DNA of 64,000 bases from NCBI GenBank assembly GCA_963833985.1, contig CAWIAD010000001.1:2784001-2848000 (forward strand), read 5' to 3'. The position numbers and the translations under genes were made by a program. Source of the DNA: an uncultured Planctomycetaceae bacterium. GTDB taxonomy: Bacteria; Planctomycetota; Planctomycetia; Isosphaerales; Isosphaeraceae. Numbering within the stretch: the stretch's first letter is position 1; each line of letters opens with the position of its first letter. The notes beneath the pieces were generated by a model. It saw only the letters and a program-made list of their open reading frames with translations. It made no database searches and was not told the DNA's origin. Of the stretch, positions 1 to 9,087 are shown one piece after another.

Positions 1-76
1 CAACCATGCCCGCCAGTACCGGCTGGCCGACAACGTCGACAAGCAGCTCGAATGGATGAAACCCTTGCGCGAGTGA
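1..76 (+). CDS. 3' end of an unidentified CDS entering the window
   Basis: Frame from position 2 reads NHARQYRLADNVDKQLEWMKPLRE to TGA at 74-76 with GC-typical codons; too short to identify. Confidence 0.5.
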   Translation, partial: NHARQYRLADNVDKQLEWMKPLRE

Positions 77-333
77 TGAGACGTTGATTCGCCCCGGTGG
101 GCTGCGTCAGTTCGAGTTCAAGTGCCGGGTCGATTCTGGATGACGCCGGCGCGCAGACCGAACGTCCTGGAGCATCGTGCGTAGCCCCGCTGTTGGGATG
201 AGTCACCACCGCGGGGACCGCCCCGGCCGCGGCTTTGACATTCGTCGCCGATGTCCCGCGCACTGCATGCAAGAGCGCCCTGCAAGGCTATAATAGCTGC
301 GAGATCGTTAATTTCCTGTCGAGGAGGTTCGGG

Positions 334-606
334 ATGTCCAGCACCGTCAGGACGGAGCATCCGCACATTGTCCGGCTCGAGGGCGTCTGCGGCGGAGAGC
401 CCGTGGTTGACGGCCTGCGCGTCAGCGTCCGCCATGTCGCGACCCTTCATCTGCGCGGGGAAACGATCGCCGAGATCGCCGGAGCCCTGGGACTGACGGA
501 TGCCCAGGTATTCCATGCGCTGAGTTACTATTCCGACCACCGAGAGGAGATCAGCGCGCTGATGGCTCAGGAAGAGCAGGCCCATGCCGAATACTCCGGC
601 TCCTGA
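334..606 (+). CDS. DUF433-family antitoxin (type II TA)
   Basis: HIVRLEGVCGGEPVVDGLRVSV...LTDAQVFHALSYY matches the DUF433 pattern; GAGGAGG RBS at 321-327 before ATG 334; overlaps the downstream PIN-like gene. Confidence 0.85.
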   Translation: MSSTVRTEHPHIVRLEGVCGGEPVVDGLRVSVRHVATLHLRGETIAEIAGALGLTDAQVFHALSYYSDHREEISALMAQEEQAHAEYSGS

Positions 607-970
607 GGGCCTGTTCCTCCGGCTCTACTTCGACCGCCACATCATGACCCGACTGGCCGACGACCTGCGCAACCGTGGACACGATGTGTTGAGGACCGAG
701 GAGGCCGGCCTCGACACGGCCACGGACGAGCAGCAACTCGCCTTCGCCGCGGGTGAAGGCCGGGCCATTCTGACGTTCAACATCCGCGACTTCGCTCCGC
801 TCCACAACGAATGGATGGCGGCTGGCCGGTCTCATGCCGGGATCATCGTGTCGCGACAGCTGGGCAGTCGGCAGTACGGCCTGCTATTGCTGCGCGTGCT
901 TCAGCTGCTCAACCACGACACCGCGGATGAAATGACCGGCAGCATCGTTCACCTCGAACAATTCAAGTAG
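584..970 (+). CDS. DUF5615-family PIN-like toxin
   Basis: LYFDRH...LRNRGHDV...ATDEQQLAFA...RAILTFNIRDF...HAGII is the DUF5615 pattern; typical partner of DUF433. Confidence 0.85.
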   Translation: MPNTPAPEGLFLRLYFDRHIMTRLADDLRNRGHDVLRTEEAGLDTATDEQQLAFAAGEGRAILTFNIRDFAPLHNEWMAAGRSHAGIIVSRQLGSRQYGLLLLRVLQLLNHDTADEMTGSIVHLEQFK

Positions 971-1074
971 AGCTCCGGTACGCCTCGAGCCCCAGGGCCC
1001 TGGCCTGGAGGGCCTGGCCCGGCTTCTCCCGCGCCCGTTTCGGAATAGCGGCAGCGGCCGAGCCGGCAGGTCAG

Positions 1075-2076
1075 TCATCCTGGCGGGTCCGACGTCGCTC
1101 CATCGGGCCGGAAGTCCTTCTCGAACCTCGCCTGAAGCGCGGGCAGGTCACGCTGGAGAACCGCATCCGCGATCCGCTGGCGCATTCTGGGATCATGCAC
1201 GTGGACCTTGAGCGCCGACAGAGCCGCCAGGGCCGTGGTTTCGCTCTCGTCGGCCAGCAGGCCAATCAGGAATTCGGTCGCGGCCGGCAAGCGAAGCATG
1301 ACCAGCGCCAGGAGGGTCGTCTCGCGCAGGACCATGGGCGGCCGGCTCTCCCAGAACCGGCGCAGAGCCTCGAACGCCGCGGGGAGCCGCGACCGGCCGA
1401 GGGCCAGCAGGGCGGCCTCCTGTACGGCGTCGTCATCCCGGTCGAGGAAGCTCGTGACGAGAGGCAGGTTCTCCGCGGCATTGCAGGTCAGCAGACCGCC
1501 CAGGCATTCGGAGAGGACGTCCGGCTCCGGGTCGCCGATCCGGGCCTTCAGCCGCAGCAGCATGCCCGCGGCTTCCGAGCCGTAAGCCCCCAGCGCGCTG
1601 GCGGCCGAGATCCGCACGTCCTTCTCCGGGTCAACGAGGCCATCGACCAGAAGTGTGAGGAGGCCCGGGGCATTGATCCGCGTCAGGGCCACCAGGGCGG
1701 CTGATCGCAACGGCGCAGCGGTGTCCACCTTGCCGCCCCAGACGGGCTCCATCTGGACGTGGCGTGCGGCCTTGAGGAAGACGTCGGGGTCCTCGTGCTC
1801 GAGCCGGTCGAGCGTCTGGATGACCGCCAGCTTCGCCCGGCAGAGCTGGTCGTTGTTGACGGGGTCAATCAGAAAGCGCGCAAAGGCCGAGCACAGCGGC
1901 CCGGCCAGCTCCATGATGCCGCGGTCGCCGGCGATCGCCGCAGCCGCGGCCACAATGAGGTTCGAGCGGTCGGCGATGCCTGCCTTCAGCTCGGCCGTGA
2001 GCTCCGCCGACGCCTCCCGATCGCGGAGCCGGCGCACGGCGGCGAGCCTGTCATCGAGCGAAGCGCGTTTGGCCAT
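1075..2076 (-). CDS. HEAT-repeat protein
   Basis: Repeated DPEKDVRISAASALG / DDAVQEAALLALG helical motifs; ATG chosen at 2076. Confidence 0.75.
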   Translation of the reverse strand: MAKRASLDDRLAAVRRLRDREASAELTAELKAGIADRSNLIVAAAAAIAGDRGIMELAGPLCSAFARFLIDPVNNDQLCRAKLAVIQTLDRLEHEDPDVFLKAARHVQMEPVWGGKVDTAAPLRSAALVALTRINAPGLLTLLVDGLVDPEKDVRISAASALGAYGSEAAGMLLRLKARIGDPEPDVLSECLGGLLTCNAAENLPLVTSFLDRDDDAVQEAALLALGRSRLPAAFEALRRFWESRPPMVLRETTLLALVMLRLPAATEFLIGLLADESETTALAALSALKVHVHDPRMRQRIADAVLQRDLPALQARFEKDFRPDGATSDPPG

Positions 2077-2361
2077 GGTCGGAGCATTATACACCAGCGG
2101 CACCGGGATTCGATGCGTCGGGAACTCTGCGTTGGCACGGCGATGGTCTTGCCATCCGGAGAGCCAATCACTCTCATGATTCCCGGGTGCTCGGCACCGT
2201 ATTGATGAAGGCGATTTTAGAGTTCCTCACAAGCCTGGAGTCGAGCCCGCCGCTATCATGGCGCCGTCGATGGGGTCGCGCCATCCGATCCGGCGAGTCC
2301 TTGCGCTCGCCTTCCGTAGCGGTCCCGCAACTCAGCGCTCACCCAGATCCAGGGGGTTCTC

Positions 2362-3480
2362 ATGCATCGGATTTCGACGCGGCGTGAATTCCTGTCAGCC
2401 ACAGTCGGGGCCAGCGCCGCGGGGTGGCTTGTGCCGGGATGGCTGTGCGCGCAGGACGCCAAGGACTCTCCGCAGGTCCAGGAGATCCTCGCCGCCAGCA
2501 TCGGCATTGATATGCACAACCATGTCACGCCCGGCGGGGAACGGGGGGATGCGCGGCGCAAGGAGCAGCAAACGCCTCAGTCCGAGCTCGACCTGGCTGA
2601 GGAGATCCGGCGCTCCGGATTGACGGCCGTCTGCGCCGCCTTCCGCATAGGCTTCAATGACCCCGACCCCTACGGCACCTTCACGAAGGGGCTCACCGCG
2701 ATCGACGGAATGGTGGCCAAGGGAGGCCTGACCCGCGCATTGAACCTCAAGGACCTCCAGGCCGCTCACGAGAAGCGCCAGCCGGCCATCGTCCAGTCGG
2801 TCGAGGGAGCCCATTTCCTGGAAGGGCACCTCGAGCGCGTCGAGGAGATCTACCGGCGCGGGCTGCGGCATCTCCAGTTGCTGCATGACAAGGGCGACAA
2901 GGTCAAGCCGCTCGGCGACATCTACACCGAGCCCGCGAGCCTGGGCGGTTTGACGCCGTTTGGTGCGGACGTCATCAGCGAGTGCAACCGGCTGGGGATC
3001 CTTGTCGACCTTGCGCACGCGAGCCACGACACGGTGCTCGCCGCTCTGAAGGTATCCGCTCATCCGGTGATCGTCTCGCACACCAGCCTCGACACGCGGG
3101 CGGGGAAGAATGCCCGGATGGCCCGGATGATGGCCCCGCGCTTGATCAGCAAGGAAAAGGCCCGGGTGATCGCTGACGCCGGCGGCGTGGTCGGCGTGTG
3201 GACGAAGCTCTCCGATTCGCTGAGCGAGTACATTGGCGGGATCAAGGCTCTTGCCGACGCCATCGGCATCGACCACGTGGGCATGGGCACCGACAGCGAC
3301 ATCCTCTCGGCACGGCCGGGCCAGTCCACGAACGCCGCCTGGACGGGGCTTTCGGGCGGGTTCTTCACGGCGGCCGTGATGGAGATGCTGCAACAGGGCT
3401 TCACGCCCACCGGGATCGCCAAGGTCGGCGGCGGGAACTTCTGCCGGGTCTTCGACCAGGCCACGGCGGTGCGCTCGTGA
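2362..3480 (+). CDS. Tat-exported membrane dipeptidase (peptidase M19 family)
   Basis: Twin-arginine signal RREFL; IDMHNH, VEG, VDLAH, VSHT and HVGMGTD metal-binding motifs. Confidence 0.85.
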   Translation: MHRISTRREFLSATVGASAAGWLVPGWLCAQDAKDSPQVQEILAASIGIDMHNHVTPGGERGDARRKEQQTPQSELDLAEEIRRSGLTAVCAAFRIGFNDPDPYGTFTKGLTAIDGMVAKGGLTRALNLKDLQAAHEKRQPAIVQSVEGAHFLEGHLERVEEIYRRGLRHLQLLHDKGDKVKPLGDIYTEPASLGGLTPFGADVISECNRLGILVDLAHASHDTVLAALKVSAHPVIVSHTSLDTRAGKNARMARMMAPRLISKEKARVIADAGGVVGVWTKLSDSLSEYIGGIKALADAIGIDHVGMGTDSDILSARPGQSTNAAWTGLSGGFFTAAVMEMLQQGFTPTGIAKVGGGNFCRVFDQATAVRS

Positions 3481-3518
3481 AGTGGAGAGTCAGAATCAGC
3501 AGGATCGTCCTCCAATAA

Positions 3519-3554
3519 CAAACGCCCTCGGGGGTTGAATCCCGAGGGCGTTTG
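3519..3554. terminator. Intrinsic terminator-like hairpin
   Basis: 14-bp perfect stem CAAACGCCCTCGGG / CCCGAGGGCGTTTG between the dipeptidase gene and the YTV 3'-end copy. Confidence 0.7.
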
Positions 3555-3751
3555 CGGTTGGGGAGCGTTGAAGAGAGGTGATGGATCGAGCAGTCGAGGG
3601 CGCGGGCCTTCGACTCAGTGATGGAACAGGCCGCCCAGCCGCCCGAAGAGCGGGTGGCGGGCGTCGCACGGATCACAGGGCGGGACGGTGCTCACCGGCA
3701 ACGACTGGCTGGAGGCCACGACGCTCTGCGCCGAGGGGAGCACGCCGGCCG
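3547..3751 (-). repeat. Direct-repeat copy of the YTV gene 3' end and 3' UTR (partner 8883-9087); orphan gene fragment
   Basis: About 205 bp with about 10 mismatches to 8883-9087; encodes VLPSAQSVVASSQSLPVSTVPPCDPCDARHPLFGRLGGLFHH*, like the C-terminus of 8951-11221. Confidence 0.9.
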
Positions 3752-3862
3752 CGAGGGCGGCGTGCGAGGCCGCTGGACCGACAGAGCCAGGCCACCCGTG
3801 TGAGCGGTAGCCGGTCATCGTCCTGTCCGCCAAGGGTCGACAATAGAGATTTCAGAAAATTC

Positions 3863-3891
3863 TTGACAGACCGAAATGTTCCAATTAAACT
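3863..3891 (+). promoter_or_regulatory. Sigma70-type promoter for the DUF1573 cluster
   Basis: TTGACA (3863-3868), 17 nt spacer, TAAACT (3886-3891). Confidence 0.65.
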
Positions 3892-4297
3892 CGGATCATC
3901 CGAATTGGGATAAGGTCTCGGGACAATCCGGGCGCATTTCTGAGCCATTGCAGCTGGTGCCCGGCTTTGGCATGGCATCTGAGGATGGCATGGTCAAATT
4001 GCGAGGGACACGCGCGGCCGTCACGCCCTTTTCCCTAGCGGCAGCCCTGTCCGCGCTCGGCATCGTGGCCGTTCTTTCTGCCGGTTACTACCGTTTTGGC
4101 TCGTTAGCAGTTGCGGCCAGGTACGTAGCTGGCGAGCGACTCCTCGTGGACCAGCCCACAAAATCCTTCGGGTTGCAGAAGCGCGGCAGCCCGTGCACCG
4201 TGTTTTTCCGGCTCATGAACGCGACGGTCGCTTCTGTCCGGATCCTGGCGCAAGGTCTTCTTGCAGATGCATAACGCCGAGGGGTGTCCCTGCTTCG

Positions 4298-5398
4298 CTA
4301 GTGTCCTGAGTTAGAAGTTCGCTCACAAACCCTCGCCACTCGATCTAAGATCATATCAGCATCTGCCGTCCATACGAAAGGCTTGGGATTTACGTTGTGT
4401 TTTGCCAGGAATTCATGGATCGCCTGTTCCAACGCCGCCACGCTCCGGAATACTCCACGGCGAATTCACTTCTCGGTAATCTCCGCGAAGAATCGTTCAA
4501 CCTGGTTCAGCCAAGAGCCGCTGGTGGGAGTGAAATGCAGATGATACTCGGGATGGCGAGCGAACCACCGCTTCACGGCTGGAGCTTTGTGTGTGCCGTA
4601 GTTGTCCATGACGAGGTGAATCTCGACGCCTGGTGCTTTGGCGATCTGGCTATCGATCTCGTTGAGGAATTTGAGGAATTCTTGTTGTCGATGGCGACGG
4701 TAGCATTTGCCAATCACACGACCTGTCGCGACGTCCAAGGCGGCGAACAGCGAAGTCGTCCCATTGCGTACATAATCCGGAGTTCGCCTCTCCGCCTGGC
4801 CAGGCCCCATGGGAAGCAACGGCTGGGTACGGTCCAACGCTTGCACCTGGCTCTTCTCGTCGATGCTCAAGACGATAGCGCGCTCCGGCGGGCTCATATA
4901 CAACCCGACGATGTCGCGGACCTTCTCGATGAAAAAGGGGTCCGTGGAAAGCTTGAACGTCTCGCTGCGGTGAGGCTTCAACTCGAACGCTCGCCAGATA
5001 CGCGAGATCGCTGTCTGAGACAAGCCGACGGCTTCCGCCATGCCCCGAGTGCTCCAATGCGTGGCGGCCTTGGGTTTCTCCTCCAGAGTCTTGGTCACAA
5101 CGGCCTCGACCATTGCGTCCGTGATTTTGCAGGGCGCCCCCGGCCTTGGCTCGTCGGACAGGCCGTCGAGACGATCGAGGAGGAAACGTTTCCGCCATTT
5201 CCCGACCGTCACGACATTCACCCGGAGCTGTGCGGCGACTTCCTGATTATCGAAACCTTGAGCGCAAGCCAAGATGATCCGCGAACGGAGGGCGAGACGC
5301 TGGCTGGTCTTGGGCCGGCGCGACCACGCTTCGAGTTTCTGACGCTCGACATCATTCAAAGTGAGAGTAGCCTTGGGGCGACCACCTTTATTCATCAT
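4298..5398 (-). pseudogene. IS630 transposase with premature stop
   Basis: HTH region plus [13 protein letters not shown] and WLNQVERFF motifs. In-frame TGA at 4466-4468; the frame continues IRRGVFRSV...NPKPFVWT...SNSGH to a TAG at 4298-4300 formed with the target site. Confidence 0.85.
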
Positions 5399-5473
5399 AA
5401 ATCTCCTTTGAGAGATTATATGACGAATACATGATAAGTCAAGGTTATTTGGTGAATTTGTAACTCAGGACAC
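4301..5473 (-). mobile_element. IS630-family insertion sequence (1173 bp)
   Basis: Terminal inverted repeats GTGTCCTGAGTTAGAAGTTC / GAATTTGTAACTCAGGACAC (18/20 match); TA duplication at 4299-4300 and 5474-5475 within a CTAG target. Confidence 0.92.
5415..5442 (-). promoter_or_regulatory. Transposase promoter inside the IS end
   Basis: Minus strand TTGACT, 16 nt spacer, TATAAT, followed by an AAGGAG RBS. Confidence 0.6.
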
Positions 5474-5661
5474 TAGGACCAAACTCCGACCTCGAACTGA
5501 GCATCACCGTTGCTACCGACCGACCCCCGGGCGAGGTTGATGAAACGGTCACGCTCTTTATTGACATTCCGAGGCGGCCGACGCTCGCGCTCCGGATTCG
5601 CGGGCGCATTGGGTAACCCGGTTGCCTTACGAGGGGCTCCGACTGAAGCCGCGGTACAGAT

Positions 5662-6081
5662 ATGAAGATCCTCAGCGTCCGATCGTGCTTTTTAGCCTCC
5701 TGTGTGTGTTTTCTGACCGGCGCCGCGATCGAGCTTGGTGGGCCAGCCACGACGGGGTTGGGAGCCGAGCCGTCATCCCGCGACGTCGGCCCCCTGGATG
5801 TCGAAACGGAACAGTTCTTCGAGTTTCAGCTCGTCAATCGAAGCTCAAAGCCCGTTCGCCTGGTCGGCGCTTCGTCGGGTTGCAGACTAACCTATTGCAT
5901 TCGATTGGATGACATGCCGAAAGTCATTGCAGCGAATGCGAGTGTCCGCATGAACGTTGTTGTGAAACCCCGGAAGGCCGGCAAAGTCTTGGCCCAGATA
6001 ACAGTTTATTCGAATGACGGAGTGCACCCACAACTCGAGCTCAAGGTTTCGGGGACCGCCGTAGAAAAGCAAGGTCACTAG
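5662..6081 (+). CDS. DUF1573-like secreted Ig-fold protein
   Basis: Signal-like N-terminus; FQLVNRSSKPVRLVGASSGC...C; C-terminal LELKVSG strand. Confidence 0.75.
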   Translation: MKILSVRSCFLASCVCFLTGAAIELGGPATTGLGAEPSSRDVGPLDVETEQFFEFQLVNRSSKPVRLVGASSGCRLTYCIRLDDMPKVIAANASVRMNVVVKPRKAGKVLAQITVYSNDGVHPQLELKVSGTAVEKQGH

Positions 6082-6157
6082 GACCTTATTGGGCTCACGA
6101 GCTCACCAAATGGCTCCGTTTTCCGATCCTTTTCAGAGGGAAATCCCGGTGTCCACA

Positions 6158-6439
6158 ATGAGAAGCATTATGGCCGGTTGCCTTGCGGGCGTTGGCTTCG
6201 TCTTCCTCTTTCTTGCCACGGTGGCGTTCACGAGCACTGTCGCCCACGCCGCGGTCCAACCGCCGCAGCAAGGCTGTGCGTGCGAGGGAAACACGTGCGA
6301 GTACGACGTAAACAATGGCAATTGCAGACAGCGGACTCCAGACGGCAGTGCGAGTACCTGTCCGGACGCGCAAGACTGTCACAACTGCCAGTGTAAAGAC
6401 ACGCAAAAACCTATGGACTGCGCCTGCCAGGCGATGTAG
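6158..6439 (+). CDS. Small secreted cysteine-rich peptide (10 Cys in mature part)
   Basis: Signal peptide ending AHA; mature region CACEGNTC...C...C...CHNCQC...CAC; alternative GTG start at 6149. Confidence 0.7.
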   Translation: MRSIMAGCLAGVGFVFLFLATVAFTSTVAHAAVQPPQQGCACEGNTCEYDVNNGNCRQRTPDGSASTCPDAQDCHNCQCKDTQKPMDCACQAM

Positions 6440-6720
6440 TTGGAACCGGGTAGCCTGGCCCCGTGGAACGAATCATCCGCGATCTCGGGCTCGGAGGTGA
6501 CAGCGCGGGCGACAACGGGTTGCACTGTTCCCCCACTTCCCAGACCGACGAGGCGACAGTGACTTGTAAATAGCGCGCGTCTCCCGAGGGGCTTGGTGAT
6601 GGTTCGTGCAGGGGGGTGACGGAGTTGGGGTACGCAGCGGTGGGGCCGACCCAGAAGGATACCTCGGGCCTGAGGACATATTGAACCACCTGCCTGTAAT
6701 TCGCGCACGAGGTGATTCTC

Positions 6721-7737
6721 ATGTGCAAGTTCACGACGTTCTTTTTTTTGCTCACGGCCTGCACGCAGAGCCAAGGCTCGGTCCAGGATGATGGTCCGCT
6801 CAAGGAGCGCGTGCTGACCGAGTACCCGGCCGCACTGAAGCGCCTTGAGGAGCGACTGTCTCGCATCCACATTGAGGGAACCAGCGTACACACCCAACTC
6901 GATCCGCGGACGAAGAAGGAACAGCGAACCTCGATACACTACGTGTTCGCTATCAACGGGCCATCGAGACTGAAGCGCAGCTCGACCAGCTCGGGCACCG
7001 GGGGCAAGGACGAGGGCTATCATTTCGTATCTTGCATCAACCCGAGGTACTCTTTCCGTCTCAGGGCGATCGGCACGGGCAGGCCCTTAGAGATCAAGGA
7101 CTTCGGGGGCGGTCTCGACCCGAATGTCGCCAACGACATGGGTAGTGATTTCGCTCGGTACGTCTTCGCGCCGATCACCTTCAAGGCTATGTCTATCGCG
7201 GAAACGATGGCGCACCCAACGTTCGAGTTAAAGCATGTGAGCGAGGAGATCCATAACGGCAAGAAGTTTCTGAAGATTGAGTTCAGGTGGCACCCGGTCC
7301 AGAAGTATCCCGCCATTCCCGGTTGGTGGTTGGTCAGCCCCGAGGAGGACTGGGTCCTGCGAGAATGGGAATTCCTCGTGGGCCGGCATGAGGACGTCAC
7401 GTGGCATGGCCGGGTTGAGTATGCAGACTCCGTCGATGGAATTCCGCTGCCAATCTCACTCTCCGAGACGCACCCGCTTGAGACGCGGCAATTTAGTTTC
7501 GATCGAGTCCGACCGGGCCCCGTGCCGGAATCGGAGTTTACGCTGACGGCATTCGGCCTGCCCGAGCTCGATCAGCCGGGTCGCAGCCGGTCGACGATGT
7601 CACCCGGACTATGGTTCCTTGCCCTGGGCTGCCTCTTCCTAGCGATCGCGGGGGTCCTCGGGCGCAGGTGGCGCAGTCAGGGCACGCGCCGGATCATGCG
7701 CCTGCGCAGTGAGCGGCCGGTGGAGCGAGGGACATGA
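6721..7737 (+). CDS. Hypothetical beta-rich exported protein (possible lipoprotein) with C-terminal TM helix
   Basis: Lipobox-like LTAC, beta-strand-rich body, ESEFTLTAFGLPE before a TM segment and basic tail; stop overlaps the next start. Confidence 0.65.
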   Translation: MCKFTTFFFLLTACTQSQGSVQDDGPLKERVLTEYPAALKRLEERLSRIHIEGTSVHTQLDPRTKKEQRTSIHYVFAINGPSRLKRSSTSSGTGGKDEGYHFVSCINPRYSFRLRAIGTGRPLEIKDFGGGLDPNVANDMGSDFARYVFAPITFKAMSIAETMAHPTFELKHVSEEIHNGKKFLKIEFRWHPVQKYPAIPGWWLVSPEEDWVLREWEFLVGRHEDVTWHGRVEYADSVDGIPLPISLSETHPLETRQFSFDRVRPGPVPESEFTLTAFGLPELDQPGRSRSTMSPGLWFLALGCLFLAIAGVLGRRWRSQGTRRIMRLRSERPVERGT

Positions 7738-8804
7738 GGGGTCGGCGGACGGCGGGAGCGTTCACGCTCATCGAGATGCTGGTCGCGATGGCCACGATCA
7801 GCTTGCTGATCGCGTTCCTACTGCCGGCGGTGCAATCGGCACGCGAGGCCGCCAGGCGAATTCAGTGCGCGGGAAACCTGAGGCAGCTCGGCATTGCGCT
7901 GCACTCGTACCACGACCGCTTCGGCAGCCTGCCACCGGGCCGGATGATGACATACGATCCACGCTACGCCGGCCCACATCCCCCTTGCACATCCACGATC
8001 GTCGACAAGAGCTTCCTGGTCATGATCCTGCCCGATCTCGAGCAGGGCGCACTTGACAGCGCGATCAACCAGTCGCTCACCATCATCGGGTACGAGAACA
8101 GGACAGTTCACGCTGTCGCCGTGAGTACCTTTGCGTGTCCGAGCGATCCTTCGTCCGGCATCGCCCGGGAGATCGACACGGAGAGGATGGCGTCGCACGG
8201 ACTTGCAGCCGAGGGTGAGAACTTGCTAGGCGTGTTCACGAGTTACTCCGGTTGCGCGGGATCAATGTTCGTGAATGCGCTAGCCTCCCCTCCGAGCTGC
8301 GTCGTGCCCCAGGTCACGAGGCGCCAGTCCAACGGTTGCTTCAACGATATTTCACCTATACCGTTCAACTCAATTACAGATGGCCTCGGAAACACCATCT
8401 TCGTGCTCGAGAAGGCCACGACACTGTTCCGCGGCCCGGGCGGCAGTACCAGTCCGACTTACTCCGAATACGGCTGGTACTTCACCGGCAACTGGGGTGA
8501 CACCCTGGCCTCGACGTTCTACCCGATGAATGCCGACAAGGCCATAGCTGCGGCTGCGACGTACGCGCAGGTCTTCTCATCATCGAGCCTGCATCCCGGC
8601 GGCGTGAACGTCCTGATGGGCGATGGTTCCGTGCGATTCATCAAGGAAACAATCGACACGTGGCCATGTGATAGGTTCACCGGCAATCCCAGCGGTGCTG
8701 CCCAGATGAAGGACGGATCGTGGACGAACCTCCCTCCCTCGGGCGTCTGGCAGGCGCTCGCCACGCGCGCCGATGGCGAGGTCATCGGCTCCGATTCGTA
8801 TTGA
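7734..8804 (+). CDS. DUF1559 prepilin-type N-terminal cleavage/methylation domain protein
   Basis: AFTLIEMLV...[45 protein letters not shown]. Confidence 0.92.
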   Translation: MRGRRTAGAFTLIEMLVAMATISLLIAFLLPAVQSAREAARRIQCAGNLRQLGIALHSYHDRFGSLPPGRMMTYDPRYAGPHPPCTSTIVDKSFLVMILPDLEQGALDSAINQSLTIIGYENRTVHAVAVSTFACPSDPSSGIAREIDTERMASHGLAAEGENLLGVFTSYSGCAGSMFVNALASPPSCVVPQVTRRQSNGCFNDISPIPFNSITDGLGNTIFVLEKATTLFRGPGGSTSPTYSEYGWYFTGNWGDTLASTFYPMNADKAIAAAATYAQVFSSSSLHPGGVNVLMGDGSVRFIKETIDTWPCDRFTGNPSGAAQMKDGSWTNLPPSGVWQALATRADGEVIGSDSY

Positions 8805-8853
8805 CGGCCCGCGGAGTATTCAGCGCCGGCTGACGTCTCTCGGTCCCCGAATG

Positions 8854-8889
8854 AAAAAACGCCTGCCGGATGAGTTCCGGCAGGCGTTT
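8854..8889 (-). terminator. Intrinsic terminator of the YTV gene (possibly bidirectional)
   Basis: Stem AAACGCCTGCCGGA / TCCGGCAGGCGTTT, with an A6 run giving a U-tail on the minus strand. Confidence 0.75.
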
Positions 8890-9087
8890 GCAGTTGGGGA
8901 GCGTTGAAGAGAGGTGATCGATCGAGCAGTCGAGGGCGCGGGCCCGCGACTCAGTGATGGAACAGGCCGCCCAGCCGCCCGAACAGCGGGTGGCGGGCGT
9001 CGCACGGATCGCAGGGCGGGACGGTGCACACCGGCAGCGACTGGCTGGAGGCCACGACGCTCTGCGACGAGGGGAGCACGGCGGCCG
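8883..9087 (-). repeat. Direct repeat (partner 3547-3751)
   Basis: About 95% identical to 3547-3751 at offset 5336 bp. Confidence 0.9.

Larger units (their letters stand above)
3990..5616 (+). pseudogene. DUF1573-like Ig-fold membrane-anchored protein interrupted by IS630
   Basis: N-terminal TM segment; after a 1-nt slip near 4247 it reads GARSSCRCITPRGVPASL. Removing the IS joins this in frame to GPNSDLELSITV...LRIRGRIG* (stop 5614-5616). Confidence 0.8.

Noticed and set aside
4466..4468. Selenocysteine or programmed readthrough at the transposase TGA
   Set aside because: The position fits an Arg codon (CGA to TGA transition); nothing supports recoding.
6742..6749. T8 tract in the lipoprotein signal as a phase-variation switch
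   Set aside because: Short, in frame and explained by consecutive Phe/Leu codons; no evidence of length variation.
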